DNA of 44,012 nt from Candidatus Peribacteria bacterium (lineage in GTDB: Bacteria > Patescibacteriota > Gracilibacteria > Peribacterales > Peribacteraceae), in NCBI GenBank assembly GCA_009691305.1, contig SICS01000003.1, forward strand, positions 1 through 44,012, written 5' to 3'. The notes under the pieces are model-generated. The model saw nothing but the letters and a program-made list of their open reading frames with translations. It did no database searches and was not told the origin of the DNA. Below are positions 1-9,388 of the stretch, piece by piece (the first letter of the stretch is position 1; every line of letters begins with the position of its first letter). The position numbers and the translations under genes are program-made.

Positions 1-1056
1 AATAAGATTTCTGCGATTGTTTTCGATAAGACGGGAACACTCACCAAAGGGAAGCCGGAAGTTACAGACATCCTCGCGTTCGGTAGTACTGAAGAGAAGG
101 TGCTGCGGATTGCCGCCAGTTTGGAGCAAGGCTCTGAGCATCCGCTTGCGGAGAGCATTGTGAATTATGCGAAGGCCAAGAATGTCACACTCACCCAGAC
201 GGAGAACTTCAAGGCCATTCCTGGTCGTGGAGTCGAAGGATCGATCGACGGCGCGATATATTTTCTTGGTAACAGGATATTCATAGAGCAGAGATGCCCC
301 TTACCTCCATCTGAGAATGAGAAGATGCGTCAGCTTGAAGAGCGCGGCAAGACCGTCATGCTTTTGAGCAATGGAATAGAAGTTCTTGGCATGATTGCGG
401 TTGCCGATACAGTAAAAGAAACATCGAAAGAAGCTGTGAACCGACTGCGGCAGATGGGTATTGAGGTCTACATGATCACAGGGGATAACATGCGGACGGC
501 CAACGCTATCGCAAAAAATCTTGGTATCACCAATGTACTTGCGGAAGTGCTGCCGGATCAGAAGGCAAAAGAAATTCAGAGACTTCAGAGCGGCCTTCCA
601 CGGCCGCGTCGTGTCGCGATGGTCGGCGATGGCATCAATGACAGTCCAGCGCTAGCACAAGCCGATCTCGGCATTGCTATGGGCAGCGGCACGGACATTG
701 CAATGGAAACGGGCGGCATTGTGCTCGTGAAAAATGATCTGCGAGACGTTGTGACGGCGATTAAACTCAGCCGTGCGACGGTCGGGAAGATCAAGCAAAA
801 TATGTTCTTCGCGTTATTCTTCAACGTCATCGGTATTCCAATTGCCGCACGGGCATTCATAGATTTCGGGGTTGTCCTCCGACCGGAGCTTGCTGGCTTT
901 GCGATGGCATTTAGTTCCGTTGCTGTCGTCACAAACTCACTTCTCCTCAAGGGTTTTCATCCAACGAAGCGCAACTGGTTCTCGGATTTCGCTCCAATTC
1001 TCATGGCCGTAGGCTTCACGGCCCTCTTTGTCCTCTTCGCGAAGATCAGTAATTGA
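1..1056 (+). CDS. copA: Heavy-metal (Cu+-type, P1B) P-type ATPase, 5' partial
   Basis: Frame is open from base 1 and reads NKISAIVFDKTGTLT (phosphorylation motif), followed by SEHPLA, TGDN, GDGIND and MAFSS motifs. Confidence 0.88.
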   Translation, partial: NKISAIVFDKTGTLTKGKPEVTDILAFGSTEEKVLRIAASLEQGSEHPLAESIVNYAKAKNVTLTQTENFKAIPGRGVEGSIDGAIYFLGNRIFIEQRCPLPPSENEKMRQLEERGKTVMLLSNGIEVLGMIAVADTVKETSKEAVNRLRQMGIEVYMITGDNMRTANAIAKNLGITNVLAEVLPDQKAKEIQRLQSGLPRPRRVAMVGDGINDSPALAQADLGIAMGSGTDIAMETGGIVLVKNDLRDVVTAIKLSRATVGKIKQNMFFALFFNVIGIPIAARAFIDFGVVLRPELAGFAMAFSSVAVVTNSLLLKGFHPTKRNWFSDFAPILMAVGFTALFVLFAKISN

Positions 1057-1060
1057 TTCT

Positions 1061-2011
1061 ATGAAATTTATACATTTCCCCAAAAGCGGCTGGAAGAAAA
1101 TTCTGCTTGTAGTATCGCTCATGACTCTGCTGCTTATTGTTTTGCCTGTGTTTGCAGTTACTGGTTTTGTCTTGGCCAAATGCCCTCATCGAGAGATCTC
1201 CATCCCTATCCAAACACACACAACTACTATCGAAGATCTGACGGTGTACTATAGAACTGCCGGTGACCCTACAAAAAAATCAGTTGTCTTTCTCCATGGT
1301 TGGGGTGGTCGATTGGATGGTCGCTGTGGGACCGATGCAGTGATTGCCGAGCTAGCGAAAGATTTTTTCGTGGTTGCGCCAGAACACCCTGGACTGATTC
1401 GTTCGGAAGCACCTACTAAACTGTGGAGCTATGAAGAATATGCCAACGCTCTGCATACATTGCTCATGCCTCTGAAACTGCAAAAGCCCATTGTGATGGG
1501 GCAATCATTTGGAGGAGGCATTGCGGCTGCATACGCAGTACAATATCCAGAAAATGTTGTTGGTGTCGTTCTTGTAGATGCCGTAATGACGAACCGACGA
1601 TACAACTGGTACATGCGCACAAAGCACACGTGGGATGCACTGTCCGTACCAATCATGGAATCAAAGCTCGTTCCTGCATTTTTGAAGAGAGTTGCGGCTA
1701 ATCTCTGGCTTGGTACGCCATTTAGTCTTCTTGATGGTCAGGGTCTCCAACGAACGGCAATCATGTGGAAAATCGACAAATACAAGGACGTCGAAAAGCC
1801 GTTGGATGTGGACTATACAAAACTGCCCGCTCCTTTGATTCTTGTTTGGGGGGAGAGCGATACCTTTACGACTCCACTTGCTCGCGCGAAAGAAATTCAT
1901 GCACAAGTGCCAACATCACACTTGATTATTGTTCCCGGATCACACACCGTTCTTTATCAGAAACCGGATAAAATCGTTCCTCTCATTACTTCCAAACTTC
2001 TTGCACTATGA
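1061..2011 (+). CDS. Alpha/beta hydrolase with N-terminal membrane anchor
   Basis: HGWGG oxyanion motif, GQSFGG nucleophile elbow, WGESD and GSH (Asp/His of the triad). ATG at 1061 is 4 nt after the ATPase stop. Confidence 0.85.
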   Translation: MKFIHFPKSGWKKILLVVSLMTLLLIVLPVFAVTGFVLAKCPHREISIPIQTHTTTIEDLTVYYRTAGDPTKKSVVFLHGWGGRLDGRCGTDAVIAELAKDFFVVAPEHPGLIRSEAPTKLWSYEEYANALHTLLMPLKLQKPIVMGQSFGGGIAAAYAVQYPENVVGVVLVDAVMTNRRYNWYMRTKHTWDALSVPIMESKLVPAFLKRVAANLWLGTPFSLLDGQGLQRTAIMWKIDKYKDVEKPLDVDYTKLPAPLILVWGESDTFTTPLARAKEIHAQVPTSHLIIVPGSHTVLYQKPDKIVPLITSKLLAL

Positions 2012-2961
2012 CTGCACGTACTTCTCCCGTCCGACTGATTACCGCTGCACTGTTCTCAGCAGTTCTCGCAGGAACCTGGGATGTCTGGTGGCACGGAGCG
2101 CTTGGCCGTGAATCGTTCTGGTCGCCGCCGCACCTCCTGCTCTACACATCAGTCATCGTTGCGATTGTCACGGGTTTCTATGGATGGTGGAAGACGAAGG
2201 AGCGAAGTTGGAAGTGGCTCGCTATCGCACTCATTCTCATTCCTGCATCTGCACCTTTCGATGAAATATGGCATCGGATTTTTGGCGTGGAGCCGGTCAA
2301 TAGTCCGCTGATTATTTGGAGTCCACCGCATGTAATCCTTGCTCTCGTATTGATTACGAGCTTCTTAATGCTCTTCGTTCGGATTGCACATGAGGAACGC
2401 GATGTGATTGCAAGGCATCTCCTCCAGAGCGCCACGCTCGCTTCTGTGCTGAGTTTATTGCTCTTCCTTGCAACGCCGCTCGAACCGACCGGTCCCTATC
2501 ACCTTCTCGGATTTGGCGGTGCAGCCGTAAGCAGCGGCATGATCGTGCTCGTGTTCCTCTTGGCACGGGAATGGATGCAGCGCTTTGGGAGCTCGCTCAC
2601 GGTCGCAGGCATCTTCATGCTCCTTGCCGCCATGAATTTCGGCGAGAAGTTGGCACCGAATGTCACTATCCAGCCGCACGATCACTCACCAGGCTGGCTC
2701 TTGATCTTCGCATGCCTCGTACCTGCGGAGGCTGTTGATCTTCTGCACGATAGACCCCTGTGGCTGCGCGGAGGCCTCATCGGACTTTTCCACGGCGGCT
2801 TGCTTTACGGTTTCTCCTCTCGCTTCTTCGATCCACAATTCCAGTACGGCACAACGGAGATGTGGACTGCGATCATTGCCAGCGTTGTTGTAGGTGTCTT
2901 GATCGGTTTCATTCTCACTTTTTCTTCACGTTTTACTTCTGTTTTCCGTAGCTCATTATGA
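2008..2961 (+). CDS. Integral membrane protein with duplicated His motif, putative metal binding
   Basis: Many hydrophobic segments; WDVWWH...WSPPH repeated as FDEIWH...WSPPH; ATGA overlap with the upstream gene. Confidence 0.75.
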   Translation: MTARTSPVRLITAALFSAVLAGTWDVWWHGALGRESFWSPPHLLLYTSVIVAIVTGFYGWWKTKERSWKWLAIALILIPASAPFDEIWHRIFGVEPVNSPLIIWSPPHVILALVLITSFLMLFVRIAHEERDVIARHLLQSATLASVLSLLLFLATPLEPTGPYHLLGFGGAAVSSGMIVLVFLLAREWMQRFGSSLTVAGIFMLLAAMNFGEKLAPNVTIQPHDHSPGWLLIFACLVPAEAVDLLHDRPLWLRGGLIGLFHGGLLYGFSSRFFDPQFQYGTTEMWTAIIASVVVGVLIGFILTFSSRFTSVFRSSL

Positions 2962-3740
2962 AAAACGTAGCACCTCTTCTTCTCATCGGCGTCCTCCTCC
3001 TCGGGGCATGCGCCCCCACTTCACTGCAACATTCGATGAATAGCGGTGGACATAGGAGTGGCAGCAATGCATCCATTGGTGAGGGGCACGTGATGGAGCA
3101 AGGGACTCGCAACCTCACGGTTCAGGAAGAAAAAGGCGCGTCGTCATCCGATCTTGCATTTTCCGTTCGTGAAAATGGCGATGTGTTCACCCACTATGGC
3201 GTGAGCCACACTAAGGAGATGCACTTCGTCATCATTCGTGACGATTTGCAGCATTTCAGTCACTTGCACCCGACACGCGATTCCCAAGGCATCTGGCACA
3301 TAGACTTCAAATCCGAAGCCGGTGGCACTCATTGGCTCTATGCAGATTTTGTGGATAGTGAAGGAGATTCCTACTACCCACGCTTCCAGAAAACATTCGC
3401 AGGCGATAAAGGACAGTATGGTCTCGTGAAGGATTTCTCAACCTCCAAGACAGTGGATGGCTATCACATAACAATGAAACCGAGCCTGAACGGGAACAGC
3501 GCGACATTCGCCTATGAAGTTACCGATGCCAAAGACAATCCCGTAAAGTTTGAAGACTATCTTGGTGCGAAAGGACACAGCATTCTACTCACGCCAAGCG
3601 GCAACATTATTCATGCACACGCTGAAGATGTTCCACCCGTCTTTGAAACAAACGTAATGACCGGCTCTTTCTACCGCATGTTCACGCAGTTTCAGATCAA
3701 TGGGAAGGTTGTTACTGTGCCTTTTGACTGGCAACTGTAA
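2958..3740 (+). CDS. His-rich lipoprotein, putative heavy-metal binding
   Basis: Lipobox LLGAC; motifs HTKEMHFVIIRDDLQHFSHLHP, YLGAKGH and HAH, as typical of proteins next to Cu-ATPases. Confidence 0.78.
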   Translation: MKNVAPLLLIGVLLLGACAPTSLQHSMNSGGHRSGSNASIGEGHVMEQGTRNLTVQEEKGASSSDLAFSVRENGDVFTHYGVSHTKEMHFVIIRDDLQHFSHLHPTRDSQGIWHIDFKSEAGGTHWLYADFVDSEGDSYYPRFQKTFAGDKGQYGLVKDFSTSKTVDGYHITMKPSLNGNSATFAYEVTDAKDNPVKFEDYLGAKGHSILLTPSGNIIHAHAEDVPPVFETNVMTGSFYRMFTQFQINGKVVTVPFDWQL

Positions 3741-3826
3741 TTCCTTCTCTCCTTTCGCATGCAAAAATCTGAATCCATCTTCTGGGGTCTGTCGAGAAAG
3801 ATGTTCTGGATCAGGTCGTTCCAATT

Positions 3827-3869
3827 TGGCTCCCCCGGCCCCTCTCCGCGCTTCGCGCTACGCCGGGGC
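3827..3869. repeat. Copy of tRNA-Asn 3' end (att-like) fused to a palindromic REP-like insert
   Basis: TGGCTCCCCCGG is identical to 22657-22668. It is followed by ccccggc...cgcgcttcgcgctac...gccgggg, a hairpin. Confidence 0.65.
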
Positions 3870-3920
3870 CTCGGAGGAAGTGAAAGAATCCTGGCGGCTT
3901 TTGTGAAAGTTAAAATATTC

Positions 3921-3950
3921 TGGCTCCCCTGACTGGCTGTTTTCCGAACT
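3921..3950. repeat. att-like junction type A (TGGCTCCCC-N15-CGAAC)
   Basis: TGGCTCCCCTGACTGGCTGTTTTCCGAACT; 28/30 identical to 20073-20102. Confidence 0.85.
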
Positions 3951-4017
3951 TCTCGGAATATACCATACACTCCGTCAGTACTGTCCTCCTATCATGACTT
4001 AATTCGGAATATCTTGG

Positions 4018-6000
4018 TTATTCTCTGGTCTTCAGATGAGCCATATGCCTCTGCAAGATCTGCTGGAACGCTGAGGGGAATTCCTCGACACTCGCCGGAA
4101 TAACACTCTCTTGACCGAAGTGGAATTTCACCATTCCGGCGATATCTGGTTCGGGGGTGATAGCCGTGCCTTCCATTGGGGTTTTCTGACGTGCTGCATC
4201 AGCAGCATCTCTTGTCTCCGAGGCTTGCGTGGTGCTATCGGTGATAAAGACCATCAGAGAACCGATGCGTTCGGCTTCGGTACGCATTTGCTGCTTCTTT
4301 TTCACGATGCGAGGCAGGGCCACATTGATCGCATTCGCATCTTCATTATCTCCTCCAAAATCATGCAGCATCGTCATGAGGCGCGATTTCACACGACCAT
4401 CGTACGCTTCGTCGAAACCCTTAATGAGATATTTCTCATCATCACCAATATTCTTGTTGTCACTCGCGAGAATTTCTATGGCCACGCTGTGATCCTTCGA
4501 GCCTTCGCAGGTCTCAATGCAGGATTTCACTGCATTTTCGATGCGTTGACGATCCTGATACATCGAGCCGCTGACATCGATGAGAACTTGCAGAATGAGA
4601 GCAACATTCTCGGGGATTTTCCTTTTACCGAGGGGTTTTTCCTTACCGGTGTTTTTTCGACGGATAAGGTTCATGACACTGAAGCGGATACCCTTTGTGC
4701 CATAGACGTATTGCGGTTCGATAATTTTGGGTACGAACCGTTGGAAAACACGCTTCATTTGGTTTGTACCGGGGATGACTTGTTTTCTATATTCCTCGTA
4801 TTCCTCACGGAGTTTCGGATCTTCAAAACCATCGCGGTTCTTTTTAAGGAGATGATCCGCATCATCGCGCTTCCCTTTTGCATCAGTGTTTTTCTCCGCC
4901 TGATCTTTCTTTCCCTTCGCTTCCTTCTCTAAACGTTTCTGATGCTTCTCAATCATCTTCTGGAGAATTTGCTTCAAATGATCAGGCCATGAGGAAGGGT
5001 CTCGCGGATTGAGAGGCGGATCGCCCTCGGGAATTTTCGGCTGGCCTGTACCTTCCTCCGGCTGGTCTGCATTTGGTTCACCTGTAGATCCCTCTTCCCC
5101 CTCGTCGCCTTCATCTTGGTTTTTCTTCTGGGAAGAAGGTGGAAACTCATCGAGCAATCGTTTCATTGCCGGCCAGAGATGATCGACAATCAGCTTTTCC
5201 ACCTCTGCATTGACCTTCATTGGTGGGAGCGACGCATCGCCGGTAATTTTTGCGATGATTGGTTCAATCTTCTTGTATTCCTCAAGTGCTCGCGGATGGA
5301 GGTCATCGAGACTCCACGGCTTCTCTGTCCCTTTGAGTTCCTTCGCATGCAGTGCCCAGAGTCGTTCAAGCTTCATCATGAATCCCAGCTGTTCTGCGGG
5401 AGACATTTTCCCTTTTGCAATTCCCTGGGCGATATTCGGGATGATCAACTGCCTGTTTTTCTCGAAAAGCTGCAAACGCTGGTTATCGCGCAGCGGCCCT
5501 CCTACCAAGCGTTCCATGCGCGGATCTTCCACAAGATTATCGAGCTGCAGGAGGTGCTTGGGATCGTGGCCATCCCTTTCCGCAAGGCTCCTAAATCGAT
5601 CGCAACGGCTGAAATCCGTCCATTCGGCATGGCCACGCTCATGGGCGATCTCGCCGCGAAGGAAGTCCTTGGATGCTCCGCCTGCCGCGAAGATGAAAGG
5701 AATGCCGATGAGATACGTTTTTTTGCTGGGATCATCAACAATTTCCCCCGCATTCGTTGTTTTCTTTCCCGGCACTTGAGCGCAACAGAACGTATCGAGT
5801 TTCGGATCGGTATAAATTTCGATGCTGCGGTCGGGCGCTTGGGCGGAGCGTTCAAGATCCAACAGGAGCTGATCAACTTGCTCGGCAGTCATGTTCTTCA
5901 TGTTGTCCTTCAATTTCTGCATGAATGCATCCGCGTCGCCGAGGATCGACTCAGGCGGATTGTCGTTGTCAGGCCCGTGTTGCGGTTGATGGATGGACAT
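4018..6000 (-). CDS. vWA-domain protein with N-terminal HExxH metallopeptidase-like domain (CobT/NorD-like MoxR partner)
   Basis: AHERGH then NLVEDPRME, an acidic linker, MIDAS LIDVSGSM, and a later FITDS. Confidence 0.85.
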   Translation of the reverse strand: MSIHQPQHGPDNDNPPESILGDADAFMQKLKDNMKNMTAEQVDQLLLDLERSAQAPDRSIEIYTDPKLDTFCCAQVPGKKTTNAGEIVDDPSKKTYLIGIPFIFAAGGASKDFLRGEIAHERGHAEWTDFSRCDRFRSLAERDGHDPKHLLQLDNLVEDPRMERLVGGPLRDNQRLQLFEKNRQLIIPNIAQGIAKGKMSPAEQLGFMMKLERLWALHAKELKGTEKPWSLDDLHPRALEEYKKIEPIIAKITGDASLPPMKVNAEVEKLIVDHLWPAMKRLLDEFPPSSQKKNQDEGDEGEEGSTGEPNADQPEEGTGQPKIPEGDPPLNPRDPSSWPDHLKQILQKMIEKHQKRLEKEAKGKKDQAEKNTDAKGKRDDADHLLKKNRDGFEDPKLREEYEEYRKQVIPGTNQMKRVFQRFVPKIIEPQYVYGTKGIRFSVMNLIRRKNTGKEKPLGKRKIPENVALILQVLIDVSGSMYQDRQRIENAVKSCIETCEGSKDHSVAIEILASDNKNIGDDEKYLIKGFDEAYDGRVKSRLMTMLHDFGGDNEDANAINVALPRIVKKKQQMRTEAERIGSLMVFITDSTTQASETRDAADAARQKTPMEGTAITPEPDIAGMVKFHFGQESVIPASVEEFPSAFQQILQRHMAHLKTRE

Positions 6001-6005
6001 GAGTA

Positions 6006-6803
6006 TTACGAAGGAATGTTTTTAGGCATGTGATTTTCACGGTATTTCTCGATTCGCGTCTGTACGGCCTCATCGCTCACGCTGTTCACACGATGGAGAA
6101 GCAAGAGCCCACGATGCCGAGCCAGTACGCTTGCGGACTTCACGGACACGAGTGACGGGAGACCGAGGGACAGCGCTCCCTGCACCTGACAAAGCTCCGA
6201 CAAAATATCCGGATCCTCCGTATCCACATTGTCCAAAATGAGGTCACCTTTATGCTGTTTCATGAGTGCAGCATGCGTCTTGGTCAGTCGTGTCACCTTC
6301 GGAAGACTCAACATTTCGCGGTGCCGGCCAAAGATCGACGCTGTTTCGTCAGTGATCTGTTCCAAGGAATCAAAGTTCAGAAATACATTCCTTGCAACTA
6401 GAATATTTGCCGCGCTGGGAGTGAGGCTTTTCAGCTTCGAAAAATTGAGCGAAGGGACATCTTTGTGGTTCACGATCAGAGAAGCAATGTCAGCGGGCAG
6501 AACCGTCAATCCGGAAAAATGTCTGATATTCCCCTGACGAATTTCTTCGAAAATCGAGACATTCTTCCGCATTTCATCCGTTTCCGTCACTGACGCGCAC
6601 GCTGTACGCGCCGCCACGCGCACATCATGCATTTGTTCATCGGTCACGGGCGCATCAGCTGCTACTTGTTTATGAATCACCCCGAGCGATGTAAGAACAT
6701 CCTTGGATGCTTCTGCAGACAACTCCATCCCCGGCGCTTGCGAGCTTCTTGGCTCTTGCGCGTCATCTTTCTCTTCCCGATAGGTGTTAGGGAATGCATT
6801 CAT
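6006..6803 (-). CDS. LRR-like repeat protein, paralog 5
   Basis: Start MNAFPNTYRE 4 nt after the previous stop; about 23-aa repeats such as LNFDSLEQITDETASIFGRHREM. Confidence 0.8.
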   Translation of the reverse strand: MNAFPNTYREEKDDAQEPRSSQAPGMELSAEASKDVLTSLGVIHKQVAADAPVTDEQMHDVRVAARTACASVTETDEMRKNVSIFEEIRQGNIRHFSGLTVLPADIASLIVNHKDVPSLNFSKLKSLTPSAANILVARNVFLNFDSLEQITDETASIFGRHREMLSLPKVTRLTKTHAALMKQHKGDLILDNVDTEDPDILSELCQVQGALSLGLPSLVSVKSASVLARHRGLLLLHRVNSVSDEAVQTRIEKYRENHMPKNIPS

Positions 6804-6807
6804 TGGA

Positions 6808-8040
6808 TTATGAAGAAAAATCAGGGGGAGGAAGGCCGTACTGTTCCATGACTCTGCGATGTTTTTCCCGCGCTGCCTCATCACGAGCTGCATCCGTATA
6901 CGACATATACGTATACTCACTGTCTGAGTGCAGTTCGGTCTGGTCAATCACGCCGTAGTACGGACTATCCACTTCTCTTTCAGCCAAAATTCGCAAGACC
7001 TCATCATCCTTTTCTCGTGTCAGGCGCAAATTACTCATTTCCAATTTTCCAGGCATTTTCGCCAATGCACTGGCGATGTCCGCATGCAGCTCTCGTAAGC
7101 CTTGCAGACTCACGCCATCCGAATGAGTTGCGATAATCTCTGCCTGTTCGATCGTGAGCGATTCGTAGCCAAGCACCAATCGTCCTTGTGTTTTCACCAG
7201 CTCCTGAAGAATTTCCGTTGGCATGTCTTTCCACGTTCCCACATGAAGCCCCCCAGCATGCTTGCTCAGTTCGCGTGCGGCTTCGAGTGACATGTGTTCT
7301 ACGCCAAAAATAACGAGATCCTCCTGATGCTCACCCAGAGCCTTGGCGGCACGAGTGGAATTCAGAGAAGAAATATTGAGCGAAAGAAAATATTTTAATT
7401 GTGCCAATTCTTCCAGCACATCATCCGGAGGATTTTCGAGATTGTAAAACATCAGTCCTCCAGCATGTCTTTTGAGCAATGCCGCCTGCTTTTGGGTCAG
7501 TGTCTTCACTCCCAAACTCAGGCTACTGCCCGTGTGCTGCGCAAATTCCTCCGCAAGGTCATCGGAGAGCTCTTCAAGACTGTAGAGGTCGACCCTGTCG
7601 ATATTGCGAAATTCTTTAGCCGCATCTACCGATAAAGATTTCAGCATAGGCAAATTACATGAGTCGGTATTTTTCTTCGCGATTATTTTTGCGATGTTGG
7701 TCGGGAGGTACGTCAACTGATAGATGCCGTACATATCCTCACCACTTGCGATCTGCTCCCACACTTTTTTGTTATTTTCCAAATCCGGCACATGGGGCAA
7801 TGTGCTGAGAGAAATCTGAGCAGGGCCGACATCCACAATCAGGCCATGTAATGCACCCCGCACTTTTTCCATGTCACTCGCCATTAAGGAGCCATCATGT
7901 GCAATGCCGTGTGCGACACTTTCCATCTTTTCTAGCAAAATCTGCCCTTCGGGTGTTTCGGAGACGGGCGTGCGATTTCCATCCGCGTTTTCGGATTCTT
8001 TTTCGTGTTCGTCCCGATGGATGTTCGGTGTAGGAGGCAT
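6808..8040 (-). CDS. LRR-like repeat protein, paralog 4
   Basis: MPPTPNIHRD start; repeats such as VDLYSLEELSDDLAEEFAQHTGS. Confidence 0.82.
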   Translation of the reverse strand: MPPTPNIHRDEHEKESENADGNRTPVSETPEGQILLEKMESVAHGIAHDGSLMASDMEKVRGALHGLIVDVGPAQISLSTLPHVPDLENNKKVWEQIASGEDMYGIYQLTYLPTNIAKIIAKKNTDSCNLPMLKSLSVDAAKEFRNIDRVDLYSLEELSDDLAEEFAQHTGSSLSLGVKTLTQKQAALLKRHAGGLMFYNLENPPDDVLEELAQLKYFLSLNISSLNSTRAAKALGEHQEDLVIFGVEHMSLEAARELSKHAGGLHVGTWKDMPTEILQELVKTQGRLVLGYESLTIEQAEIIATHSDGVSLQGLRELHADIASALAKMPGKLEMSNLRLTREKDDEVLRILAEREVDSPYYGVIDQTELHSDSEYTYMSYTDAARDEAAREKHRRVMEQYGLPPPDFSS

Positions 8041-8048
8041 GGTAGTGA

Positions 8049-9359
8049 TCAGATATAGGGATGTTTTTGTACTTCTTTTTCTATTGCAGGGGAAAGATAT
8101 GTCCCGAAAACGTGTTGCTTAAAAGCGTGAGCCGCACGGTCGGAAATGGAAGTCAAACCTCGCAGGCCGATGGAATAGTGATGATCCCTCAAGGCCTGAA
8201 TTGTTTCTTGAGAAAGCTCAGGCAGAGCCGGAAGCTTTTCCAGCATTAGGCTTTGTTTGTTCTTGAGGAGAGATCGGAATTGTTTGTCCGAAAGAGACGT
8301 TAGTCCATAAAGAGCGATATCACCGTTATGGTTGGCAATCCAACGAACAGTTTCTTCCGAAAATTCAGGTAAGGTCGTGATCTTACTCAAGGACAACGTA
8401 TCTTTGGGACTATGGAGAAGACTACGAAATTCCGAATCAGAAATAGTCTCCAAACCCATCGAAAGACAGCCCCATTCCCTGTTGGACAGAGCGTTCTCCG
8501 TCTCTTTCGATAGAGCTGGAAGTTTTTTGATGCCATCCAATCGAATAGTGTTGCGCCGCTTGGAAAGCAGCTGCCTGAACTGTTTATCAGAAAGCGAGGA
8601 AATACCATCAAGCGACAAGTGAGCTTCATGATTCTCTAAAGCTCTGAGGACATCGTCAGAAAGTTCGGGGAGAGAATGCAGGCCATCGAGCCCAAGATCC
8701 CCGGTAATACTGAGCAACATTTGCAATTCCTGGCTGGAGATTGAGTTCAGCCCAGTAAGTCTGAGAGAGTCGCGTCTTCCGGAAGACAGAGCTTGTATGT
8801 TTTGTTCCGATAATGGAGGTAAGGATGACAGACCATCCATCTGCAATCCTCTCTTGCCACTGCGAAGAGCGAAGAACTGCTTTGTAGAAATAGATTGGAA
8901 TCCGTTCAGTTCTATATACTTGTGGTTATCTCCCTGTAGAAGTCCTGCAATGGTTTCGTCGGACAATTTCGTAATGAGCGGAAATTTGAGAAAATAATCC
9001 TGATCTTTTGCGAGAGCGATCGCAATCGCCGGCGGAAGAATGGTCAGCTTGCTATGATTTGCGGATTTCCCATCCAAAATTTCCCTCCAAATTTTTCCAT
9101 TTTGTTTCAGCTCTCCGTCTTCGAGAGTAAATGTTCTTCCTTCCACCGTGACTGATGCGCCTGCAATGGCAGATTCCAAGCTCTGAATGTGGGCTTGGTT
9201 CATTGGCGCATCCTGAGAAATATTCCGTTGAACAGATTCCAGAGTAGAATCAACGATTTTCGATGTAGGTGACGTCGATAACTCAACGTGCGCGGACGCG
9301 TTGGGGTCTGGCGTTTCATCTTCTATATTTTCCCGATGGATATTGGAGGTGATAGACAT
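8049..9359 (-). CDS. LRR-like repeat protein, paralog 3
   Basis: MSITSNIHRE start; alternating repeats LxLDGLxSLPxLS and LxLxGLxSIS. Confidence 0.82.
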   Translation of the reverse strand: MSITSNIHRENIEDETPDPNASAHVELSTSPTSKIVDSTLESVQRNISQDAPMNQAHIQSLESAIAGASVTVEGRTFTLEDGELKQNGKIWREILDGKSANHSKLTILPPAIAIALAKDQDYFLKFPLITKLSDETIAGLLQGDNHKYIELNGFQSISTKQFFALRSGKRGLQMDGLSSLPPLSEQNIQALSSGRRDSLRLTGLNSISSQELQMLLSITGDLGLDGLHSLPELSDDVLRALENHEAHLSLDGISSLSDKQFRQLLSKRRNTIRLDGIKKLPALSKETENALSNREWGCLSMGLETISDSEFRSLLHSPKDTLSLSKITTLPEFSEETVRWIANHNGDIALYGLTSLSDKQFRSLLKNKQSLMLEKLPALPELSQETIQALRDHHYSIGLRGLTSISDRAAHAFKQHVFGTYLSPAIEKEVQKHPYI

Positions 9360-9388
9360 TGCAGAAATGCAAATGGTTTCAAATAATC

